Translations under genes and position numbers: made by a program
From: Deltaproteobacteria bacterium
GTDB lineage: Bacteria; SAR324; NAC60-12
Reading direction: 5' to 3'
NCBI GenBank assembly: GCA_038150265.1
Contig: JAYOTF010000002.1
Coordinates: forward strand, 81,403-143,151
Length of the DNA: 61,749 nt
Shown here: one piece after another, positions 37,297 through 48,767 of the stretch
Numbering within the stretch: the first letter of the stretch is position 1
Layout: each line of letters begins with the position of its first letter
The notes under the pieces: generated by a model
Told to the model about the DNA's origin: nothing
Seen by the model: the letters and a program-made list of their open reading frames with translations, nothing else
Databases searched by the model: none

Positions 37297-39705
37297 ATGA
37301 ACACCTGTACCATGATTGCCCCTGTGCCTGCTTCGGAACTCACCCCGGAACACCTTGCCCTGATTGAGGAGGAAGAGAACCTGCTGCGGCAGATTCAGCA
37401 AGGCATCCTCTCGCAGCAAGCCGAGGATGGCGCAGCGAATGTGTACGGGGACCTGATGGAGCTGCGTGACTCGCTTGGGGAGGCGCGCAACGAGGACGTC
37501 CCGGCGATCATGGCGCAGATGGAGCAGTTGGCGCTGATCACCCAGCAGCAGGAGCAGATGCGGCGTACCGCGCTTCCGGACCTGGGCGCTCCATACTTTG
37601 GGCACCTGCGGCTTCAGGAAGGCAAGCGGGTCCGGGATGTGCTGATTGGCGGACGCAACTGCCTCTCCACCCACCTGCCCTGCCCGATTGTGGACTGGAA
37701 GAGCGCCCCGATCAGCATTGTGTTTTACCGGTACCGAGAGGGCGAGGAGTACTTTGAAGAGATCGGCAACCGAGAACTGGAAGGCGTGGTGCTGGCGCGC
37801 CGGGTGCTGCAGCTTGAAGAGGGCAAGCTGGTCCGCATCAGCACCGGAACCGATTTCCTGGAGTGGGACCCCTCCGGATGGCGGAAGGCGGCTTCGGGAG
37901 CGCCCACCCTTTCGGGGGGAAGTGGCTCGGCTCAGCGTCCGGAACTGCAGCCCGTCCGGCGACTCGGCGGTGGGCCGGTTCGGCAGGAGTACCGAGTCGA
38001 CAAGCATTTGCAGCAAATCACGGCGCTGATTGATCGCGACCAGTTCACTGCCATCACGCATCCGGATTCGGCCATTGTGCTCATTCAAGGCGGAGCGGGT
38101 TCCGGAAAGACCACCGTGGCCCTCCACCGGCTGGCCTACCTGCTGGCCCAGCAGCCCCATTACTTTACGTCCAAGACGGTGCTGCCGGTGGTGTTTGGCC
38201 CGGCTCTGGCCCGTTACATTTCCAAGGTCCTCCCGGCACTTGGCGTCGATCAGGTGCCGGCGCAGGTGTTCCAAAGCTGGGTGTCCAAACTCCGGTTTCA
38301 GCACATTTCCGGAATGCCGAAGCAGTATGCGGAGCACACGCCTGTGGCCGTCATTGAGTTCAAGCGGCATCCGTTTGTCCTGCAGTGGTTTACCGAAGAG
38401 GCCAACCGCCAGGCCGCAGAATTTTGGCAGGAGCTGGTGCGACGCGCGACGGGAGTCCGGGGCTTTGAAGATCTGGAAGCCTGCTGGAAGACGCTGGGGC
38501 GCGACCCCTTGTGGACCCGCCTGAATGCGCTGGAGCGTTGGGTGGGAGGCTCGTTCCGGGTGCAGGGCCTGCCCCCGTGCTCCAATCCGGCCATTGCGCA
38601 GCGTGTGCTTTCGGTGCTGGAAGAGTTCTTTCCAGAGCGGGAAAAGCCGGAGCGCTTTGTCCGTCAGTTCTTTGAAGACCGCCTGATTGCCCGGTCCGGA
38701 CTTCTGGAAGCCGCAGACCGTCTGGCGCCCGGACGCTTCACCCCCGGACAGCTGGAAAGCGTCTGGTCCTGGTCGGTCCGGCAGTACCAGAAGCGTCGAG
38801 AGGCAGAAGACGAGGAGACGCAACAGGCGCTCCGGTCGATTGCTCAGGAACACGAGCTGTCCGGAATTTCCCCCCATTTGGGTTTTGAGGAAGAGGTTCC
38901 GACGCTCGATGAAGAGGACGACACGCTGCTGCTGCTGCTGCGGCAGATCCTCGTGAGTCCGATCCGACGCAAGAACGGCAAGCGCCTACAGTACCGGCAC
39001 CTGCTGATTGACGAAGCGCAGGACTTCAGCCCAACCGAGTTTCAGCTGCTGCTCTCACTCACTCCGGAGGAGCGTCGCAGCGTCACCCTTGCGGGTGACA
39101 TGGATCAGCGCATCATGGAGGGCCGGACGCATCAGGACTGGCAGGAGTCGATTGGGGCGCTGGGGTACGATGTGACGGCGCTGGAGCCTCTGCGGATTGG
39201 GTACCGCTCGACCTACGAGATCATGGAGGTGGCCCGGCAGGTGATCGGCGACCTGAGCGTGAATCAAAGCTGGGAGGCGGTCCGCCATGGAGCAGCCGTG
39301 GAGACCTTCTCCTTCCGGGAGGCGGGGCTGTTGCTGGCTTTCCTGGGGGACGCGTTGGAGAACCTGATGCTCCGGGAGCCGCAGGCCAGTGTCGCGGTGC
39401 TGACCCGGAGCGCTGAGGCCGCAGACCTGATTCATGACGGACTGCAGCGGGCCGACCTGATGAACCTGAGGCGCATCCGGGACCAGGAGTTTCCGTTTAC
39501 TGCCGGCATTGAGGTGACCGATATTGCGCAGACCAAGGGGTTGGAGTTCGACTATGTCATCATTGCCGACGCCGACGCCGGGACGTATCCGACCGATCCG
39601 CGCTCCCGGCACCTGCTTTATGTGGGGGTCACCCGGGCGTCTCATCAGCTCTGGTTGCTGCACACGGGAAACCGTTCTCCGCTGCTTCCGACCGAATCAG
39701 CTTGA
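37297..39705 (+). CDS. HelD/HelR-like SF1 ATPase (RNA polymerase recycling family)
   Basis: PYFGHL; IVDWKSAPIS..FY; QGGAGSGKTTVALHRLAYLL; DEAQDFS; GDMDQ; YRST; KGLEFD; LYVGVTRA. Confidence 0.85.
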   Translation: MNTCTMIAPVPASELTPEHLALIEEEENLLRQIQQGILSQQAEDGAANVYGDLMELRDSLGEARNEDVPAIMAQMEQLALITQQQEQMRRTALPDLGAPYFGHLRLQEGKRVRDVLIGGRNCLSTHLPCPIVDWKSAPISIVFYRYREGEEYFEEIGNRELEGVVLARRVLQLEEGKLVRISTGTDFLEWDPSGWRKAASGAPTLSGGSGSAQRPELQPVRRLGGGPVRQEYRVDKHLQQITALIDRDQFTAITHPDSAIVLIQGGAGSGKTTVALHRLAYLLAQQPHYFTSKTVLPVVFGPALARYISKVLPALGVDQVPAQVFQSWVSKLRFQHISGMPKQYAEHTPVAVIEFKRHPFVLQWFTEEANRQAAEFWQELVRRATGVRGFEDLEACWKTLGRDPLWTRLNALERWVGGSFRVQGLPPCSNPAIAQRVLSVLEEFFPEREKPERFVRQFFEDRLIARSGLLEAADRLAPGRFTPGQLESVWSWSVRQYQKRREAEDEETQQALRSIAQEHELSGISPHLGFEEEVPTLDEEDDTLLLLLRQILVSPIRRKNGKRLQYRHLLIDEAQDFSPTEFQLLLSLTPEERRSVTLAGDMDQRIMEGRTHQDWQESIGALGYDVTALEPLRIGYRSTYEIMEVARQVIGDLSVNQSWEAVRHGAAVETFSFREAGLLLAFLGDALENLMLREPQASVAVLTRSAEAADLIHDGLQRADLMNLRRIRDQEFPFTAGIEVTDIAQTKGLEFDYVIIADADAGTYPTDPRSRHLLYVGVTRASHQLWLLHTGNRSPLLPTESA

Positions 39706-39773
39706 AACCCCACCACTGTTGCTGCTGAATGATAAGAAAATAAACGATCTCAACACTTTTTGCCACGGACGCT

Positions 39774-40775
39774 ATGCCTCACTCGACCCCTGCACACCTT
39801 GACGTGTTGAAGCACCCTGATGCACACCCAGGGCGCTCGCCAGTGAAGTTCAGTCACACCCCCACGTCTTACCTCCTGCGTGTGGAGGATGAGCTGTACA
39901 AGATCAAGAAGCCGGCCAACGACCTCACGACCCTGGCCGTCAAGGAAGCGTTTTGTCATGAGGAGCGGCGGTTGCTTCAGCTGTTCAATCCGGATTGTGC
40001 GGTGTCGGTGGTGGCCATTCGCAAGCAGGCAGACGGCACCTTTACCCTGGGAGGAACAGAAGGAGAAGCCGTGGACCATGCCCTCAAGCTACCGTTTCTG
40101 GGCGAGGCCGGGTTTCTGAGCAAGCGCATGGACAAGGGCGCACTGGATCCGAAGGAGCTAGAGGTCATTGCCGAACGCCTGGCAGACGTCCATGCCGCTC
40201 ACCCTGCAAAGGACAAGCAGGCCGAAATGGCGCGTCCGGAGAAGCTGCGGGAGCTGACCACAGACCTGATGTATCAGATGAAGCGCTACTACCCGCCTGC
40301 GGTGACCCAGCCCATTCTGGACATGGTGAAGCACCCGGTGGAGAAGTTTCTTGAGGAGCAAACCAAGCTGTTTGCCAAGCGTCGCAAGAAATCGGTGGTG
40401 GAGGGGCACGGAGCGTTTCTTCCGGAACACCTGCACATCAAGGACAAGCACGCGACCTTCATCAGTCCACTGGAAGTGCACCACAAGAAGTACGGAAACC
40501 TGGATGTGGCCAACGATGTGGCGACCCTGATGGTCTCGCTTTATCAGCACAAGCAGGAAGCGGCCGCCCAGGCCTTTCTGGACTCGTACGTCTATGCCTC
40601 CAAGGACAAGACCCTCTCGCAGATGCTGCCGCTGTACCTGACCTTTCAGGCATTCCGGCAGGGCATTCAGCTCTGTGAGCTCAAGGTGGCCCTGCAGCAG
40701 GACGAGCTGGGCGTCCGCGCCATGGACTACTTCCACCTGGCGGTTCGCTTTGCCCGCGAAATCCCGCGCGACTGA
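39774..40775 (+). CDS. Aminoglycoside-phosphotransferase-fold protein, probable pseudokinase
   Basis: YKIKKP; CHEE..L; LDVANDVA match the APH/AAA_33 family N-terminal domain; HGD appears as HGA. Confidence 0.7.
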   Translation: MPHSTPAHLDVLKHPDAHPGRSPVKFSHTPTSYLLRVEDELYKIKKPANDLTTLAVKEAFCHEERRLLQLFNPDCAVSVVAIRKQADGTFTLGGTEGEAVDHALKLPFLGEAGFLSKRMDKGALDPKELEVIAERLADVHAAHPAKDKQAEMARPEKLRELTTDLMYQMKRYYPPAVTQPILDMVKHPVEKFLEEQTKLFAKRRKKSVVEGHGAFLPEHLHIKDKHATFISPLEVHHKKYGNLDVANDVATLMVSLYQHKQEAAAQAFLDSYVYASKDKTLSQMLPLYLTFQAFRQGIQLCELKVALQQDELGVRAMDYFHLAVRFAREIPRD

Positions 40776-40777
40776 TC

Positions 40778-42172
40778 ATGCCCACGCCCGCCCTCGATGC
40801 TTCCTCCCTCATTGGCGGGCGGATTCAGCGGATCACCCAGCCGCTGCCCCACGTCCTCTTGCTGGAGCTGTACACGGGCCGGGCCCGGAGCCTCTGGTGT
40901 TCGGCACATCCGCAGCACGGAGGCGTGTTTGAGGCCTCCCCGCGTTTGCCCAACCCGATGCGCCCGCCGGTGTTTTGCCTCTGGCTCCGGAAGTGCCTGC
41001 TGAATGCGACTCTGACCGAGGTCCAGTGGCCGCATCCACAGGTGCTGGAGCTGACCTGGACCCTCCCAACCCCAAAGGGCCCGGAGCATTTTTTTCTTGT
41101 TTGGGAAGACAACGGTCCCCGGAGCAACTGGCTGCTGCTGAATAGCGCCCGTCAGCTGCAGATGGCCCTTTTTAATCCGAACCAAACCCATCGCAAGCTT
41201 GCGCAGGGAAAGCCCTACGCGCTTCCGGAACGCTGGACGGCCCCGGCTTCCGGAGTCTGGGAGCTGGAGGTTCAGGAAGAAAGTGACTTCGCCCACAACA
41301 CGGAGAAGGAAAAATGGACCCGGCGCCTGAAGCAGCTTCACCGGCACTGGAAGCGGATGCTGGAAAACCAGCGTCAGGATGCCGTTCAGGCGGCCCAGGC
41401 CCACGAGGTGCGGCGCCGAGCCGACTTGCTCAAGACGGCGCTGGGACGCATTGAACCCGGACAGCAGCAGGTGCAGGTGACAGATTTTTATGATCCGGAA
41501 CTGCCGGAAGTGACCCTGACGCTCGACCCGGAGTGGACGCCTCAGGCGCTGGTGAACCGGTGGTACCAGCGGGCTGACAAGCTGGAGAAGTCCGTCCCCC
41601 ACGTGGAGGAACGTCGCCAGAAGACGGAGGAGCAGCTGGCCTGTCTGGTTCAGCTCCGGGAGCAGTTGGCGGCGATCCACGGGGTTCCGGACCTGGAGGC
41701 GTGGCAGGCCGAGCTTCCGGAGTGGCTGCTGCATCAGGCTGACCGTCTGGAGCAGCGACGGCCTCAGCAGGCAAAGGCTCCGGAAACCAGCGAGCCCCTG
41801 ACCCGCATCAGTAGCGATGGACTGGAGATCTGGGTCGGCCGGAACGCTCGGGAGAACGAGCAGGTGACCTTCCGCTGGGCTCGGGGCAACGACTGGTGGT
41901 TTCACGTCCAGGGCGTGGGAGGGGCACACGTGGTGGTTCACACAGGACAGCGGGAGCTGCCACCCCGGACACTTGAGGAAGCCGCGCTGCTTGCGGCCCA
42001 CTACTCCAAGCTCCGGCTGGAACACGCCGTTGAAGTCGACTACACTCGCCGCAAGTTTGTGAAGAAGATCCGCGGCGGCGCCCCGGGACGTGTGACGTTC
42101 ACTCAAAACCAAAGCATCCTCATTGCGATGGAAGCCGCTCGCCTCCGCGAGGTCCTTTCTCGCCTCCCCTGA
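40778..42172 (+). CDS. NFACT-family RqcH/FbpA-like ribosome quality-control protein
   Basis: PP.FC..LRK.L; E..G..SN; coiled coil; YQRA.KL; NFACT-R IWVGRNA.ENE, WFHV.G..GAHV, VDYT. Confidence 0.85.
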   Translation: MPTPALDASSLIGGRIQRITQPLPHVLLLELYTGRARSLWCSAHPQHGGVFEASPRLPNPMRPPVFCLWLRKCLLNATLTEVQWPHPQVLELTWTLPTPKGPEHFFLVWEDNGPRSNWLLLNSARQLQMALFNPNQTHRKLAQGKPYALPERWTAPASGVWELEVQEESDFAHNTEKEKWTRRLKQLHRHWKRMLENQRQDAVQAAQAHEVRRRADLLKTALGRIEPGQQQVQVTDFYDPELPEVTLTLDPEWTPQALVNRWYQRADKLEKSVPHVEERRQKTEEQLACLVQLREQLAAIHGVPDLEAWQAELPEWLLHQADRLEQRRPQQAKAPETSEPLTRISSDGLEIWVGRNARENEQVTFRWARGNDWWFHVQGVGGAHVVVHTGQRELPPRTLEEAALLAAHYSKLRLEHAVEVDYTRRKFVKKIRGGAPGRVTFTQNQSILIAMEAARLREVLSRLP

Positions 42173-42199
42173 CTTTTCCAAGATTTCCAGGAAACGCCC

Positions 42200-42874
42200 A
42201 TGCCGCTGATTCAAGCCGTTTGCTACGACCTCGACGGAACCCTGCTCGACAGCCTTGCTGACATTGCAACCACCATGAACACCGTGCTGCGTGAACTGGG
42301 GCATCCGGAACATCCGGAAGCGGCCTTCAATCACTTCATTGGAGACGGCTCCCGAGTGCTGGCGCAGCGGACGCTTCCGGAAGCAGAGCGGACGCCGGAA
42401 AAAATTTCGGCGGCGCATCGGCGCTTTGAAGAGGTGTATCAGGAGAACTGGAATCGCCAGACGCGCCCCTACGAGGGGGTTGGCGAGCTGCTGGACGGGC
42501 TGGCACAGCTGGGCATCCGGCAGGCGGTGCTGTCCAACAAGCCTCACCGGTTTACGGTACAGTGCGTGGAATCACTGCTGGCACCGTATTCGTTTGATCA
42601 GGTGCTGGGTCAGCGAGAGGGCATCAACAAGAAGCCGGACCCTGCGGGATTGCTGGAGATTGCCGAGCAGTGGCACCTTCCGGTTGAGGCGATCGCTTAT
42701 GTGGGAGACACGCTGGTCGACATGAAAACCGCCGTGAACGCCGGGGCGTACGCGGTGGGAGTGAAGTGGGGCTTCCGGGAAGAAGAGGAACTCTGGGCGC
42801 ATGGGGCCCAGAAGGTGGTGGCGCATCCGCGCGAGCTGCTCCAGTGGGTGCAGGAGCAGCTGCCACGCGGGTAA
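42200..42874 (+). CDS. HAD-family phosphatase (phosphoglycolate phosphatase-like)
   Basis: DLDGTLLDS; LSNK; KPDP; YVGDT.VD. Confidence 0.92.
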   Translation: MPLIQAVCYDLDGTLLDSLADIATTMNTVLRELGHPEHPEAAFNHFIGDGSRVLAQRTLPEAERTPEKISAAHRRFEEVYQENWNRQTRPYEGVGELLDGLAQLGIRQAVLSNKPHRFTVQCVESLLAPYSFDQVLGQREGINKKPDPAGLLEIAEQWHLPVEAIAYVGDTLVDMKTAVNAGAYAVGVKWGFREEEELWAHGAQKVVAHPRELLQWVQEQLPRG

Positions 42875-42883
42875 GGACGGGCG

Positions 42884-44476
<1,593 letters not shown>

Positions 44477-44599
44477 TGTCTCTCTCTCCTTGGGGATGGT
44501 TGGTCCAGGAGGACCAGGCGGGCGTCTGAAATGACGAAAAACAATTAAATAGCGAATTTTCGCTAAACGATCAAGTGGAGAAGTGGAAAGCAGGTGCTT

Positions 44600-45553
44600 T
44601 TAGAGGAGGCAGTTTTGGAAGCCCTCCACGAGCAATGAGCGGTCCAGGTGGCGGCCAATGAAGACAACCCGGTTGAGCCGAGGTTCATCGGGGCCCCAGG
44701 GGCGATCGCGTTTGCCCTCAAGCAGCGAGTACACCCCCTGAAACACGAACCGGTCCGGCTCTCCAGCAAACGCGATGACGCCCTTCATGCGGTACAGGGC
44801 TCCGGAGTGAAGCAGCAGGGCGCTGTTGAGCCAGGCATTGAACTGGTTGACGTCCAGTTCGCCTTCCACCTCAAAGCCAACGGAGGTGACCTCTTCAGCG
44901 TCATGATGGTGGTGGTTGAGGTGGGGCTTCCAGGAAGCCTCGAGGTCAAAAGCCTGGGTATTGAGGAGGGTCTCCAGCGGAACCTCGGTCTGCACCGCCG
45001 GAAGGATCGGGGCTGCCGGGTTGAGGGTGCGGATGAGGGCCTCGCGCTCAGCCAGCACCTCGGGAGAGACGAGATCGGACTTGTTGAGGATCAGCCGGTC
45101 GGCAAAGGCGATCTGGTCCCGCACCACGTCTTCATCCTGTAACTGCTGGGGCAGGTGCTGAGCGTCCACGAGCGTCACCACGGCGTCCATCCGGACCTTC
45201 TCCCGCATGTTCAGGTCGCCGACAAAGGTCTGAACGATGGGCCCCGGACTGGCCAACCCTGTGCTTTCGACCAGGATGGCGTCAAACTGATCGCGCCGCA
45301 GGATCAAGCGGTCCACCGTCAGCGCGAGGTCATCCCGGAGGGTGCAGCAGACGCAGCCGTTGCTCAGCTCCAGGAGGTTGTCTCCAACGCCAACGACCAG
45401 TTCACCATCCACGGCAATTTCGCCGAATTCGTTTTCAATGACGGCAATCCGTTGCCCGTGCCGCTCCTTGAGGATGCGGTTGAGGAGGGTGGTCTTTCCT
45501 GAACCGAGGAAGCCGGCGAGGACCGTGACCGGAATGCGCGAGTCGACAGACAT
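44600..45553 (-). CDS. COG0523/CobW-family G3E GTPase (zinc metallochaperone)
   Basis: [26 protein letters not shown]; His tract; CobW_C domain; in the zur-znuCB operon. Confidence 0.93.
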   Translation of the reverse strand: MSVDSRIPVTVLAGFLGSGKTTLLNRILKERHGQRIAVIENEFGEIAVDGELVVGVGDNLLELSNGCVCCTLRDDLALTVDRLILRRDQFDAILVESTGLASPGPIVQTFVGDLNMREKVRMDAVVTLVDAQHLPQQLQDEDVVRDQIAFADRLILNKSDLVSPEVLAEREALIRTLNPAAPILPAVQTEVPLETLLNTQAFDLEASWKPHLNHHHHDAEEVTSVGFEVEGELDVNQFNAWLNSALLLHSGALYRMKGVIAFAGEPDRFVFQGVYSLLEGKRDRPWGPDEPRLNRVVFIGRHLDRSLLVEGFQNCLL

Positions 45554-45559
45554 GGCAGC

Positions 45560-46348
45560 CTAGCGAGAGGGTTTGAGCAAGCTGAGGAAGAAGAGCCCGA
45601 CGGCCGCGGTGACAATGGTTGGCCCTGATGGCGTGTCAAATTCCAAAGAGGCTCCGAGTCCGATTCCGACGGCTCCAACACCAAGCAGTGCGGCAAAGCC
45701 GGCCATCTGCTCCGGAGTCTGGCTGAAGTGCCGGGCGGCCGCGGCGGGAATGATCAGCAGCGAGGTGATCAGGAGAATGCCGACGATCTTCATCGCCAGC
45801 GCAATGACGGCTGCAATGAGGAGCATCAGCACCAGTTGATAGAGCGACGCCTGCAGCCCTTCGGCCTGTGCGAGTTCTTCGCTGACGGTGACTGCCAGGA
45901 GCGGTCGCCAGAGCTTCCACAGCAGGAGCAGGGCTCCTGTTCCTCCGCCATAGATCCAGATCAGGTCGGTCCGGGAGACGGAGAGGATGTCCCCAAACAG
46001 GTAGCCCATCAGGTCCACCCGCAGGCCACTCATGAAGCTCAGGGTCAGGATGCCCAGCGAAAGCGAGGCGTGCGAGAGCGTCCCCAGCACCGCGTCTCCG
46101 GAAAGGCGCTTTTGCTGCAGCAGCCCCGAAAGCAACAGGGCCACCAGCAGTCCGGTGACAAAGACGCCGAGCATCAGGTCAATGCCGAGCAGAAACCCGA
46201 GGGCGACCCCAAACAGAGCCGAGTGAGCCATGGTATCGCCAAAGTACGCCATGCGGCGCCAGACGACAAAGCAGCCCAGCGGGCCGGAGACCAGGGCAAC
46301 GCCGACGCCGGCAATGAGCGCCCGCCAGAGGAAGTCATCGAGCAGCAT
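45560..46348 (-). CDS. znuB: Zinc ABC transporter permease
   Basis: GPLGCFVVWRRMAYFGDTMAH; YLFGDIL; DTPSGP. Confidence 0.96.
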   Translation of the reverse strand: MLLDDFLWRALIAGVGVALVSGPLGCFVVWRRMAYFGDTMAHSALFGVALGFLLGIDLMLGVFVTGLLVALLLSGLLQQKRLSGDAVLGTLSHASLSLGILTLSFMSGLRVDLMGYLFGDILSVSRTDLIWIYGGGTGALLLLWKLWRPLLAVTVSEELAQAEGLQASLYQLVLMLLIAAVIALAMKIVGILLITSLLIIPAAAARHFSQTPEQMAGFAALLGVGAVGIGLGASLEFDTPSGPTIVTAAVGLFFLSLLKPSR

Positions 46349-47106
46349 CAGGCCTCCTCGGCAGGAAGCGGGTGGGGGTGTCCGCAGGCATCATGGGTGT
46401 GGTCGTGGTGATGCTGATACACGGCCAGAGCGGCTCCGGACTCGGCGCCAAAGAGGCGGACGTATTCCGGATGCCGGGTGACGTCGTGCGGTTGGCCTTC
46501 GCAGCAGATGTGCTGGTTCAGGCAGACCACCCGATCTGTGGAGGCCATGACGACGTGCAGGTCGTGGGAGACCATCAGGATGCCGCAGCCGCGTTCCGCC
46601 CGGAGGCGCCCGATCAGGCGGTACAGCTCGGCTTCCCCCATGTAGTCGACCCCCTGAACGGGCTCATCCAGCACCAAGAGTTCCGGATGCTGCAGAAGCG
46701 CCCGAGAGAGCATCATGCGCTGAAACTCCCCTCCGGAGAGCGTCTGCACGGGCTCGTTGAGGAGGTCGCCGATGCCGGTCACCTCCAGAGCCTCGCGGAC
46801 TTCCGGGCGGGAGTGCTTCCGGGTCAGCGTCATCATCCGGTACACGGAAAGCGGCAGGACGGGGTCGACTGCGAGCTTTTGAGGCAGGTAACCAATGCGA
46901 AGCTTCGGGCGCCGGACCAGCGTTCCAGAAGAGGGCGTCAGCAAACCAAGGAGGAGGCGCAACAGGGTGGTCTTGCCGGCGCCGTTGGGGCCAACGATGG
47001 TGACGATTTCCCCGGAGGAGACCTCTAGCGAGACGTCGTTGATGAGGACGTGTCGGTTGGTCTGAAAGACGAGATGCTGGGCTTGCAGCAGCGGAGGGGT
47101 GGTCAT
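46348..47106 (-). CDS. znuC: Zinc ABC transporter ATP-binding protein
   Basis: GPNGAGKT; LSGGE; DEPVQGVD; CLN.HICC.G; His-rich tail. Confidence 0.96.
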   Translation of the reverse strand: MTTPPLLQAQHLVFQTNRHVLINDVSLEVSSGEIVTIVGPNGAGKTTLLRLLLGLLTPSSGTLVRRPKLRIGYLPQKLAVDPVLPLSVYRMMTLTRKHSRPEVREALEVTGIGDLLNEPVQTLSGGEFQRMMLSRALLQHPELLVLDEPVQGVDYMGEAELYRLIGRLRAERGCGILMVSHDLHVVMASTDRVVCLNQHICCEGQPHDVTRHPEYVRLFGAESGAALAVYQHHHDHTHDACGHPHPLPAEEA

Positions 47107-47108
47107 GG

Positions 47109-47588
47109 TCAGGCGCAATGAGAGCAGAGGCCACTGACTTCCACGGTCTGCTCGTCCATCCGGAACCCGGCGGCCTTTGCGTCTTTCCTGAGGGCATGGG
47201 TGACGCGGGCGCTGTGCAGCTCCGCGACGGTGTGGCACTCGCGGCAGATGAAGAACTGGGCGGTGTGGTCTACCGATTCGTGAAAGCAGGCAATGAAGGC
47301 GTTGAGGCTGGCGAGGCGATGCACCAGCCCTTGCTCCATGAGGAAGTCCAGCGCCCGGTAGACGGTGATGGGGGCCTTGCGCTTCTTCGCCCCATCCAGG
47401 CGTTCCAGAATTTCGTAGGCTCCGAGGGGGATGTGACTGGAAGCCACGATTTCCAACACCTGTCGCCGTTGCTGAGTCAGGCGAACCTGCCGGCGCTGAC
47501 AAACCGCCTCGGCGTGTTCCAGAAGGCTGGTCAGGCAGACCCGGTGGTCATGGGACGCTTCCGGAAGAGAAGCGGGGTCAGGGGGCAT
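47109..47588 (-). CDS. zur: Zinc uptake regulator (Fur family)
   Basis: HDH..C; LT..RR.VL; AYEIL; TVYRALDFL; CREC and CSHC; next to znu genes. Confidence 0.93.
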   Translation of the reverse strand: MPPDPASLPEASHDHRVCLTSLLEHAEAVCQRRQVRLTQQRRQVLEIVASSHIPLGAYEILERLDGAKKRKAPITVYRALDFLMEQGLVHRLASLNAFIACFHESVDHTAQFFICRECHTVAELHSARVTHALRKDAKAAGFRMDEQTVEVSGLCSHCA

Positions 47589-47634
47589 CAGGGAAGCAGG
47601 CAAGGGGCGGACTCAAATCAGGTTTTGATTTTTT

Positions 47635-47649
47635 TGTGATACTATAACA
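47635..47649. promoter_or_regulatory. Zur box
   Basis: TGTGATA-C-TATAACA 7-1-7 palindrome between zur and znuA. Confidence 0.88.
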
Positions 47650-47684
47650 TAATCGTGGTTTTTTCCAAGTCAGGAGAAGGTGCC

Positions 47685-48647
47685 GTGAAACGGTGGTGGT
47701 TGGGGCTGACGCTCTGGAGCGCAGTCGTAGGAGAAGTGGGGGCCACGGTCCCGCAGGTGGTGGTGTCGATCAAGCCGGTGCATTCGCTGGTAGCGGGGGT
47801 GATGGCCGGAGTTGGGGAGCCGGAGCTGCTGGTGTCCGGAGGAGCGTCGCCACACAGCTATGCGTTGAAACCGAGCGAGGTGGCGTCGCTGCAGAGGGCG
47901 GATTTGGTATTCTGGTTGGGGCCTGAGGCCGAGCCGTTTTTACCAAAATTCCTCCAGAGCCTTCCGCCTTCTGTGCGCGTGACGGCTCTTGCGGAAGCCA
48001 GAGGGGTCGAACGGCTTGCGCCCCGGACTGGAGACGACGCGCATTCGGAATCAGGTGGTGAGCACCATGACCCGCACCTCTGGCTGAGCCCCCACAATGC
48101 GCAGGGCATGGTGAGCACCATCGTGCAGCAGCTGGTAGCGGTCGATCCCGATCATTCGGCTCAGTACCTGAGCAACCTGCAGGCGCTGCAGGGGCGCCTG
48201 GCGAGCCTGGACCTGGAGTTGCGCCAGCAGCTTCAGCCCCTGCAGACGGTCCCCTACATTGTCTTTCATGATGCCTACCAGTACTTTGAGAAGCGCTATG
48301 GCCTGCAGCCAGTCGACTGGATCGCGGTCAACCCGGAGCGTCCTCCGGGCGCAGGGCACCTGCGCTTGATCCGGGAGCGGCTGCAACGTGCCGAGGCGCG
48401 CTGCATTTTTACCGAGCCGCAGTTTCCTCCCAAATTGGTCACCGCGCTCACCGATGGCCTGACCGTGCAGCAGGGAGTGCTGGATCCGCTGGGCGCAGAC
48501 CTCCAGGACGGTCCGGACCTGTACTTTGTGCTGCTGCAAAACCTGGGGCAGTCCTTTGTGCAGTGCCTGCAGGAATCTGGACCACGACCCGAGGCCCCTC
48601 CGGCTTCCTGGTGGGACCGGATGAAGGCGCTGTTGACGGGTTCGTGA
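47685..48647 (+). CDS. znuA: Zinc ABC transporter substrate-binding protein
   Basis: AGGAG RBS with GTG start; SIKPVHSL; SPHSY; DPHLWL; FHDAY.YF; LDPLG. Confidence 0.95.
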   Translation: MKRWWLGLTLWSAVVGEVGATVPQVVVSIKPVHSLVAGVMAGVGEPELLVSGGASPHSYALKPSEVASLQRADLVFWLGPEAEPFLPKFLQSLPPSVRVTALAEARGVERLAPRTGDDAHSESGGEHHDPHLWLSPHNAQGMVSTIVQQLVAVDPDHSAQYLSNLQALQGRLASLDLELRQQLQPLQTVPYIVFHDAYQYFEKRYGLQPVDWIAVNPERPPGAGHLRLIRERLQRAEARCIFTEPQFPPKLVTALTDGLTVQQGVLDPLGADLQDGPDLYFVLLQNLGQSFVQCLQESGPRPEAPPASWWDRMKALLTGS

Positions 48648-48767
48648 CCGAATGTGCAGGTTTGCCCAAATCCTGCACATCTGAGGCGAACACCGAGGGG
48701 CGTCTGTTGGCCTTCGGCTTTCAAAGACAACTGCCGACGCAGGCATCGCACGAAAGAGACAACAGCA

